Below, one piece after another: positions 53,472 through 64,000 of a stretch of 64,000 nt of DNA. Position 1 is the stretch's first letter. Each line of letters starts with the position of its first letter. Source of the stretch: the human T2T-CHM13v2.0 reference genome, Homo sapiens; the NCBI RefSeq assembly GCF_009914755.1, contig NC_060930.1; one strand, 5' to 3'. The translations under genes were made by a program, and so were the position numbers. A model generated the notes under the pieces. That model ran no database searches. It was given only the letters and a program-made list of their open reading frames with translations, and was not told where the DNA came from.

Positions 53472-53859
53472 TTAACTTCTCGAAGCTTTTGGTATCAGTC
53501 TGAAGTTCAATCTTTCTGATTTTCCCAGTGCTCAGGAATTGCCCACCTCCCTCTCTCCCCCAGGATAAAATGACTGAGAATCAGGAGCAAAGTGGATAGA
53601 AGAAACAAAATTGTCAGACCTTTTAAAGAGGAGGGAAACCAAGTCCATTTACCCTAAGGCTTTTTAGTTGCAAATTTCTGCTGGAGAATAAGGAAAGGCC
53701 TTGTGTTTTGATATCTACACTTTTATTTGCTGTTAAATTACCATGATCCAATTACACACTGTATTTCCTAAATCTGGGTTTTGTTTAGGAACAGGTGTTA
53801 AAATGAACACTTACACACATCAAATGTTGTTGGACTGTAGGAATTCATATTATTTTATT

Positions 53860-54690
<831 letters not shown>

Positions 54691-55330
54691 AATTAGATAA
54701 GACTTTTAAAATAATGCTAAGTCCTTTTATCATTTATTCTTATAGTTTGCCATCTGAAACTCTTCAACTAGGAACTAGTTACATTAGAGAATGAGAGATC
54801 AGATATAAGGCCTCAAAACCTCACATGTGCCCAGGGCTTACGGAGGGCCCAGGAGCAATTTCTACATCTCTTTTTTGTCTACATGGGTTAATTTATTTGC
54901 TCCCTGAATTGTTATTATTAAAAGTAAACAAAAAGGAAAAAATGGCATGAGCAATTCCTAATGAAAATCAAATTAGCTTTAGTGAGCCCCTACCATTCCA
55001 CCATTAAATGGATAAAATAGACAGACAGTACAAGAAAATCATGATTTTTATTTTTAATCTGACTAACCACAGTTCTTTAGCATCCTGTATGTGAAATTAG
55101 TATCATGGTTACTTTTCCCAGTTGGCCATTTGGCAGGGGATCTAAATAGAAAAACTAAGTATGGATGGCTATCTGATCATGGAATGTCAAGGAATGATGG
55201 ATTTGACTTCACGGTAAAAAAATACAGACATTCAAGTTTCCCCAAATTCTTCCTATGTAGTCCACTGGGATAGTATATCTTTTCTGCAAGTAGAAAGCAT
55301 TGAAACAAAGATCCCATAAACAACCACCTA

Positions 55331-55660
<330 letters not shown>

Positions 55661-55751
55661 TTAATCAGGCCTTCATTATAAGATATGTGGGTACAATTAT
55701 TATTTTTGTGTTAGAGATAAGGATTCTGAAGTATAGAAAAGTTAAGTTACT

Positions 55752-56015
55752 GGCCAGGCATGGTGCCTCATGCCTGTAATCCCAGCACTTTGGGACCAAC
55801 ATGGCAAAACGGCATCTCTACTAAAAATACAAAAAATTAGCTGGGCGTGGTGGTGTGTGCCTGTAATTCCCGATACCTGAGAGGCTGAGGCACAAGAATT
55901 ACTTAAAAAAAACCCCGAGAGGCCAAGGTTGCAGTGAGCCGAGATCATGCCACTGCACTCCAGCCTGGGCGACAGAGTGAGACTGTCTCCAAAAAAAAAA
56001 AAAAAAAAAGGAAGA
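55752..56015 (+). mobile_element. Alu with left-arm deletion
   Basis: CTTTGGGA joins CCAACATGG; TSD GAAAAGTTAAGTTAC. Confidence 0.92.
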
Positions 56016-57715
56016 AGAAAAGTTAAGTTACCTACTGAAGGCTCTTACTCCCAAGGCCACACTTTTAACCACTATGCAAAGTGCCTCTCCTTTTCTCTGC
56101 CAAGATAGTGAAGAAATTAATAGTCCTCAGTCCTTTCATAAGATATAAAAAGAAAACAAAAATAGTACAGCTTTTAAATAACTCTTCACTGTAGCAGTTT
56201 TCACAAACAGGTCTACTTTTAGTATAAACCAGTATATATACCAGAATGTTCCAGGCAAGTGGTTTTAACTATTTCACACTTCCATTTCTCCATGTTACAA
56301 TAAGACTACCAGTTTTTACCCCTTTCCTACTTCATATAAGTGTATGAAGTTGAGTAATATGATGTCATCAAACATACTTTGAGCTTCTTGGAAAAGTGAT
56401 ATGTAAACACAAAGTAGAGTGTTTATAAAAACAGTGTCAATGTGGTATGTATCCAATGTAAAATAGATCAAATTATTTTATTAGAGATTCGGACAAAAAT
56501 AACTCTTTAATCTTATCTATTTTTTCATCATTTTGCATACTGCCTGTGTCTGTGGCTTTCAAGGGCAATCTGAAAGGGAACTAGGTCTGATACGTGTTGA
56601 TTGGATTCGCAGTTTAGCATTCTCCTTATTGAGGAAATACTGCAGTACCCAAGATCTTGGCTGTTTCCAGGTTTTGGAAAAATCTCAGGTCAAAATTGTG
56701 TTGCCAGATGGGATTATTACATAGAGGAAAGTTGGCTGTGAATTTCCATATACCAAAGGCCATCCTAACTGTCTTTTATGAAGGACCCAACAGGCTTTTA
56801 TTATAATTCAAAAATAGCCAGGTCACCCTAGGACTTTTTCCAGTGTTACCAAAACATCACTTTTACTGCCCAAACGGAAGTAGGCCATTACCTCACAGTA
56901 GAAAATAAAAGAAGCTAGCTTGAGACCAAGGTAGTTTTAAAAGGCATGAAGGATGAGAACCACCATTCTTATTTAGTGGCTCTGGACAGCGTCACTTGCA
57001 AACAGAACTGCCTCATGCACAGATAACAATGCCTGACACCCATTACACTTTACATGCACGTTCACATCTGCCTTTTGGATAAAGGGCAAGAAGAAAGGAA
57101 CATTTACCATTGAGAAAGAATTAGAAGCCTTGTTAGTCTCCTTTTAAGACTTCTTCACATTCCACATGGATTAACTGTTAGGGAGAAAAACACTGCAAAA
57201 ATAATCAGCAATGCATTTCGGAGGCTCATCAGCTCCCGGCTGACAGCTCACGTTAGTTGGATGAAGGCTGTGGATAGGCTTTTAGATGTGCTAACCTGTA
57301 ATTTTGTTTCTAGAGTGGCCCAAAGTGGAAGGAGTTTTCACTCCCTCTCAATAAGCCCTCTTGTACGGTTGTGACCTCTGGCCTATCATAGGTTTTTGAC
57401 GATAAAGGAGAGCCCGGGTTTTTGAGGTTAAGGGAGAGTTCCCTGACATCTTTGGGGTGAAGAAGAGATGGAGGGAGCAAAGCTGCCAAAGACCTTCTGT
57501 GACATTTCCACTAGTATCCACCTATAAGTAAGTGCTGGACTATGATTCCCTGGGGAGATCAGTGGCTCTAAAGACAGGCCCCTGGGCTCTTTCCTGGCTC
57601 TGACTCAGCTTCAAACCTGCCGTGCAACTGCTCAGAGTCTAAATGTCTTCATTTATGGAACTGAAATAATCCTGCTAAGATTACTTTCTTTGCTTCGTGA
57701 TGTTTGCCTGAGAAT

Positions 57716-57890
57716 AAGTAGCTGGGACTACAGGCGTGTGCCACCACGCCCATCTAATTTTCGTATTTTTTGCAGAGACAGGGTCTCACCTTGTTACCCA
57801 GGCTGGTCTCGAACTCCTGGGCTTAAGCAATCTGCCCACTTTGGCTTCCCAAAGTTCTGGGATTACAGGTGTGAACCATCACACTCGGCT
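57716..57890 (-). mobile_element. Partial Alu
   Basis: Left arm plus part of right arm, antisense. Confidence 0.88.
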
Positions 57891-57983
57891 AAAATGTTTT
57901 GAAAAATGGAAACATTGTACAAATGTGAGATGTTGTGCAACATGTCACTGAAACACGGTGGTATAAGAGAAGTTTTGGGAACC

Positions 57984-58106
57984 AGCAGACCAGAATTAGG
58001 CCTGAGAAAATCTTACAGTAAGCAGACCAGAATTAGGCCGTCTGAGAAAATCTTACAGTAAGCAGACCAGAATTAGGCCTGTCTGACAAAATCTTACAGT
58101 AAGCAG
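57984..58106 (+). repeat. Tandem repeat, three units of 37/40/41 bp
   Basis: AGCAGACCAGAATTAGGC..CTGASAAAATCTTACAGTA at 57984, 58021, 58061. Confidence 0.95.
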
Positions 58107-58599
58107 GCCATCTTCCCAGGCCTTCTCTTTTCTCCAGATAATGAAGAAGGCTTTTTAAAAGCAAAGCCAACTTGATTTGTTAATTGATCATCCAACTTCT
58201 TAACTGTCTTTTTCTCATGGTAAAATACCGAGAACATTGTGGGTGAGGAGCAAGTCGGGAGGTGGAACCCACCCCCGCACCCTGCCTCCAATAGATTGTA
58301 TGTGTGGGTCGCTATTGCTGGGACCCACGAAGGCTGTGGATTGAGGACACAGGGTAGAAGTGGGATCTTCTGCAGGTCAGTGTCAGATGTGTCTGTGTGA
58401 TGTAGTCATGGGAGAGGCGCGAGTCTTGGGCGGGTGTATCTTAGGGGTGTGGAAGTGTCTGCAAGGGTCTCCGTGGTATGTCATCACATTATTTATATCA
58501 TGGGCATGACCCTGAACGTTCACCCGAGAGTGGTGAGAGAAAGGCCAGGATTTAAATCAGTCTTGACAGCGCAGATGAAGTTTGTTATTGTTTTCCGCC

Positions 58600-60000
58600 C
58601 TTCCCGAGGGACTTCGGAAATGGCCCCCTGAGAGGTGAATTCTTGGAAAGAATATGAGGGCGGTTAAGGCGTCTCTGTCTCAAACTCTCCGGATTTTTTG
58701 CAGCTACCAGGGACTGCGAGGGTCTGCGTCCTGGGTGGAAGGAAGCGGCGTCAGTCAACTTCCTCGCAGCGGCGGCAGCGGCGCGGGCTGCAGCGGAGCG
58801 CGCGGGTCTGCGCATCCCGCCCCCGGGTCGGGAAGGGGCGGAGCTGGGCGTCACCCGCCCCCGGCGGTCTCCTCCTCCCGGCCGCTCCCCCGAGCCGAGC
58901 CCGCCGCGGTCACAGCCACCCGCGGGAAGCTCGTGGCCGGGACCCCAAGGCGGGAGCGCGGGCTGGGCCGGGCTGGGCCACGCGCACGGGCTCGGCCGCC
59001 GCCCCTGCCGGTGAGTCCCGCCGCGGGAGGCGCGGAACGGGTCGAGTTGGGTATTGGGACCGCGAGGTCGGGGAGCCCCGGGGCCCGAGCTCGGGAGGCG
59101 GGGACGTCAGGATCGCGGCGTTGGGGAGTCCTCGCACCCCGAGCTCAGAGGGGAGGTCCAGAGTCGCAGCGTTGGGAACCTGAGGCCAGGGGCCGGAGTT
59201 TAGGGCCCCGATGTTGAGTCTCCGAATCCAAGCCCGGAAGGGGGGACGACGGGTTAGGATGCTGGGGAGCCCTGGAGCTCTGAACGGCTGTAGTGGGGTG
59301 GCCAGGACTGCGATGCTGGGGAGTCATGGAGCCTGAGCCTGGAGAGCTGGCGGGGGTGTGGGGACCGCGATGTTGGGAAGGCTGAGCCCGGAGGGCGGGA
59401 GATTCAGGACCAAGACGTGGGGGAGTCCGACAGGGCAGAACGAGGGGCGTCCTGTCCGCATTTGTGGGGCGCCCTCCGCAGGGCGGAGGGGAACGGAACC
59501 TGGGAGGGGAGTGCGGAGGAGAGGAAGCCCGGGGCGGTAGGGAGAGCCCGAGGAAGGGCAGCCCGAGGTAGGGGAACCCCGGAAAGAGTAGGGTGGGTCT
59601 AGGCATGTGCTTTCGCCGGGGAAAGATGGAGGGGGCTTCTCTGAGAGGGTGGGCGCGAGGAGCGGAGCTGTGATGGGAACCGCCGGCAGCTGGCTAATGG
59701 GCGGATGCTGGGGCTTGGCTGGATGGGAACGCCGCGGTGGGGTGTCGGAGGTGGCTGGTGGGGCTGGAACGCTGGGAACGTCTGTCTAGGCTATGGGAAC
59801 GCAGCGCCCTCGGTGGAACAGGGTCGTAGATAACTCGAGAGGGAATCTAGTCTAGGGAGCAAGACCGGGCATCCCCAGACGGAGGCGGGTGGGGACCTCG
59901 CACTCAGCGCGCTTGGGGAATATTCGGAGCCTGGGTTTGGGGGCTGCTGCACCTTGCCGACCCGGTGCGGGGACCTGGAGGTAGCCGGGCACAGCAGCTT
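58600..60000. promoter_or_regulatory. CpG-island promoter
   Basis: Very high GC and CpG density; GC boxes at 58816 and 58835-58844; GGCGTCA at 58747 and 58847; GGAAG/CTTCC ETS-like cores. Confidence 0.9.
58860..59010 (+). other. Non-coding first exon (5'UTR) of an unidentified + strand gene; start approximate
   Basis: Consensus donor CCG|GTGAGT at 59010/59011 downstream of GC boxes; no ATG; G-run-rich sequence follows. Confidence 0.7.
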
Positions 60001-61598
60001 CCTGTGCAGCTGTGGGTGCTCCAGGCACTGGCAGACTAGTGGGAAGTCCAGGAGCCTTGGCAGGCTCATTGTCTTGACCTAAGTTGCATTCCATATTTCT
60101 TAGCTGGGTTAGAAATGATTTTGTCCAGGAACCCAATGAGAAGAGCCTGGGCTAAAAAAATTAGTTATGGAGTGAGATTTCAAATGTACAGGTAATACCT
60201 ACCCGTGTGTGTGCGCGCCTTAGGGATAACTCATACAATACACTGTATGTGTGATTTTTAGACCCACGTGTGTACTACTTGTTCCAGTACTCTGAGAAGC
60301 TGTTTCTGGGTAAAAACGAGGAAAATCCACAACAAATACACACACCAAACAATGTCCACAAACGCACTGCATTCCAGTCGAGTTAAACATGAGAGTATTG
60401 TACAGTTTGGGAGTATTTGCTTGTCAGTGAAGACTCCTGTTACTGAAGTTAATAGGAGTTGCCTGCATGGAAGGTAGACTGCCCTTGACTGCCCTGTTAA
60501 GGTTATCCACAACGTGTACCCAGCCCTGAGCTGCTGCACCCTTGACCAGGTCAACTGGAAGGGAGCCAGACTGCTTAGGACCTCAGTGGATGAGTATCCA
60601 AGTGTGTATCTAAAAACAAAGGACCAAGGCATGGCTTTGTTTTTGTTTTTGTTTTTGTTTTTTATTTCTGCTGTTTGTCCTTGGGTGCGTGTCCTTCAAT
60701 TATTAGTTAAATGTTGACTATCTTACATTAACCCATCTTGTATTGTTAATTATGTATGGTAATTATTTCAGTTATTTGGCGTAACAACCAATTCTGGAAG
60801 ACCCAGAGTAGAGGAATCTTATTAAGTGGATATATCCATTGAAAGATATGTTTTTTTTTTTTTTTTTTTTTTTGCGGGTGTGTGTATGCACCAGATTTCC
60901 TTCTGGTGCATATAGGTCCATCTTCTGACACACACTGAGATTTGAGCTTCATTGGATAAACAAGGATTATTTTGGCAACTAGCATTTGTTGGGTCTGTTT
61001 TTAATTCATGAAAAGGAAATCTTTAATAATTATGCAAGTTAACAGGATAGAAAGCGATTTATTCATTTTACAAGAATCATTTCAGGATAAGCATATTTCC
61101 ATTAAGGGTGTGTGTATACCTTATTGAGTGGTCAGGACCTTGCATCAAAATCTGCACTATCATTCCTGCAGCAGTGTACTTATTCACTTGGACGTAACAC
61201 TTGCTGATGCTTCCAATTCTTTATCCAAATGTTAAAATAAATATGCCAGTATTTATACATTCAAATCAGTATTTCTCCCCTTCAAAAGCCTGCTCTTGGC
61301 AAGCTGTGTACTAATTCTAGTGATGCTGTCACTACTGAGAATAATTTTGGAGCTCCTGCTTTGGAGTTGCCTTCCGAGTTTGCAACACATTTCCTGATTG
61401 CCTCAGTGGTGGCAAACCTTCCTCAGCTGGGAAACAGCCAGGCACTGTGCGGGGCCAACTTGGGCTTCCGAGGTGGGGAATCGAGGTTGTCAATAAGTAT
61501 GCTCATTAAAGTAATGAAAATTCTCTTGAAAGACTGGCAGTTCTAAAAGGGGCATTTAGTAATGGCATGGAGTATGTATTTAGGATTGGAAGGAATTA

Positions 61599-61695
61599 CA
61601 GTTGGTCCCTGAACAACACCGGGGTTAGGGGCTCCCATCATCTCCACAGTGGAAATTTTGAGTACAACATTTAACTCCTCAAAAACTTAACTACT
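61599..61695 (+). mobile_element. Tigger2-family terminal fragment
   Basis: TA then CAGTTGGTCCCTGAACAACAC...AAAACTTAACTACT. Confidence 0.6.
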
Positions 61696-62129
61696 TTGAA
61701 GCACAACCTTCATTTTGGTGTTTATGCTCTGGTATGTATGTAAAGTAATTGGTCCTGTCACTTTATTGTTATAGCTTATGGCTTATTGGGCTAGAAAAAG
61801 TAAGCCTTTCTTTGCCCCTCCTGATACTTGTTACTAGGCAGTCTCTGTCATTGTGGATTTTTACAGAAAGCAAAACAAAAATACAAAAGACTTGTTGTCT
61901 CACCAAAAAAAAAAAGGTACCCAGAAAGCCATTTGCCCCAGCTGTAGGTAATGCCTGGTGCTTGATTTTTGATGTGAAAGGATCCACAGAAGTAAAGGGA
62001 AGAGAATGATTTCTGAACATTCATTTCAACTTTGGGATTTCATGGCACACAGTAAAAAATGTACTGAACATATCCCTTTTTAAAATTCGCATTTTTTTTT
62101 TCAGGTTGTGTTGCATAAAGCTTCATACA

Positions 62130-62330
62130 GCCACAGCTTGAATCTTGATCTAGCTGTGGTTTGGGGCAAGTTGTTTCATCTCTTTTGGCCTCAGTTTTCT
62201 TAAAATGAAGATATTAATGAGTATGTACCTCATGGGGCTGTGATGAAGATGAAATAACATTGATGCGTGTAGAACACTTGAGTTCGGTGCCGGACACATC
62301 ATGAGTGCTCAACAGAGTCTACTTATTCTT
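62130..62330 (+). mobile_element. MIR
   Basis: GGGCAAGTT...GCCTCAGTTTTCT...TACCTCATGGGGCTGTGATGAAGAT. Confidence 0.7.
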
Positions 62331-63524
62331 GTTAGGAATATTATTTATTGATAGTCTTATGTTAAAATTCCTTTGAAGCCATGTGGAAATTTATCATTTC
62401 CCAGGTAATGATATTCCCTTCAGTTAGGTTTTGCAACTAACTACAAATAGAACATTTTGGTTTTTGCCCTCCTGGTCTTTTAAGAGTTTTTAAAGGGTAA
62501 CCTGAAAAGCAACCACAATTAGTTATTTTTTATTTATTCAGAAACGAGGAAATACAGACTCCAAATAAGTGGAGTCAGTGCTCCCAGTTACTTTCTTTTG
62601 AATTCAGATTTTTTTTTTAAATGAGCATTCCTGTTATGATTGTATATTATGTATAACAGTTTGGTGTGGTAAGGCAAATCTGAAAGAAAAAAGTTTAAAA
62701 GCCTCTTCTCTAATTTTTTTCCCTTCATCCAATGAAAATATTATTCTAACGAAACAGCTACAGTTCTCTTGGCACGTATTGAAAGAGACGATTCTGGTAA
62801 ACATTCCCTTCATTCCAAATGTGAGTTTTGCTCTGCTGTGTTTTTTAAACAATAGGGAAGAATAGCCTGGCACTGAAATCTCAGCTCTTCTGTAAATGTC
62901 AACACTAGTTTTTTTTCAAGTTTATAAATTTTATTTTATATATATATGTACATATATTAGAAAGATGGGAAAGTTTCATCTTAATTTTAATCAGATGATT
63001 AGGGGCTGCTATGAAATAGTTAATGTTTCATGAAATGTTGACCATTTAGTGAGAATTCTCTGTTCTAGGCAAGCAAGTGCTGGAGATGGAGAGGCTTGAG
63101 ACACAGGCTTTGCCCTTCAGAAGTTCATTCACATCATGTGCTCTCTTACAATGATGCAGGAACAAAAGCTTCTTCTCCTAATGGCCTGTGGAGCTAAGAA
63201 TTCATATGGATTTTACTACATGATATTTTCCTTCAATTTCTCAAAGAAGGGTAAATAGGTGGATCTCTCAATAGTGTTCATATTTTTGAGGTGGATTAAC
63301 TCTTTCAAAATTAGATCCCAATATGTACTCAGAGGCCATAAAAGGAGAAAATAGCTATAATTAGTGAATTACAAAGTATATCTGCAGGATGGGGTGGTAT
63401 TATTGCTATACGAAACTTTCCTGGAATGTTGTGTTTGGTTCTTGCTCTGTCTTCTGAGTAGCGGTTTATGTACTTGTAAAGGACCAGGAAACAATATACA
63501 TTGTGGCTTAGACTGGAGCCATGA

Positions 63525-63813
<289 letters not shown>

Positions 63814-63817
63814 TGGA

Positions 63818-64000
63818 GCTGTGATTCTTAATGGGGAGAAGTGGGTGGTGAATTTGCCCCTTTCCCCCAGAGGATGAAATTTGGTGGTGTCTGGAGACAT
63901 TTTTGATTGTCATACCTGGAGGGGGAGGGATGTTACTGGCATCTAATGAGTGGAGTCCAGAGATGCTGCTAACCATCCTAAAATGCACAGGACAGCCCCG
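63818..64000 (+). mobile_element. MER20 (hAT-Charlie), runs off window
   Basis: TGTCTGGAGACATTTTTGATTGTCA...ACTGGCATCTA...GATGCTGCTAACCATCCTA. Confidence 0.88.

Noticed and set aside
56329-56350. Hairpin ACTTCATA-N6-TATGAAGT
   Set aside because: 8-bp AT-rich stem is expected by chance in 64 kb; too short for a pre-miRNA
57984-58106. CRISPR-like array
   Set aside because: Units are contiguous with no unique spacers; eukaryotic context; no cas genes
58860-59010. Gene symbol for the CpG-island gene
   Set aside because: Exon is non-coding and I do not recognise it; BLAT to a reference genome would settle it
58654-59217. 187-aa ORF and overlapping ORFs in the CpG island
   Set aside because: Low-complexity G/A/R/P content expected from stop-poor GC-rich DNA; reads through the splice donor; no recognisable domain

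Overview
Primate (very likely human) non-coding genomic DNA. No protein-coding exon, tRNA/rRNA gene or CRISPR array is supported; the supplied ORFs come from Alus, microsatellites, decayed transposons or GC-rich promoter sequence. About 45 Alus (roughly a fifth of the window) sit among L1, L2, L3, MIR, MaLR, ERV1/ERVL and DNA-transposon relics. A CpG island at ~58.6-60.0 kb holds an ATG-less + strand first exon ending at a consensus donor (CCG|GTGAGT, 59010/59011). A weaker CpG-rich patch at ~3.8-4.25 kb has four minus-strand donor motifs and may be the 5' end of a divergent transcript. I could not name either gene. The most structured region is 18.3-25.0 kb: a decayed HERV16/ERVL-like provirus with gag joined directly to integrase-dUTPase, later invaded by three ERV1 LTRs and several Alus, next to an Alu split by an LTR2. 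Other oddities: an Alu with ~65-bp flanking duplication, a ~95%-identical 191-bp local duplication, a target site hit repeatedly by Alus, a 282-nt pure purine tract, and a 37-41-bp triple repeat upstream of the CpG island. I see no convincing evidence of a new biological system. Repeat subfamily names are from recalled consensus sequences and need RepeatMasker/Dfam confirmation; boundaries of old repeats are approximate.
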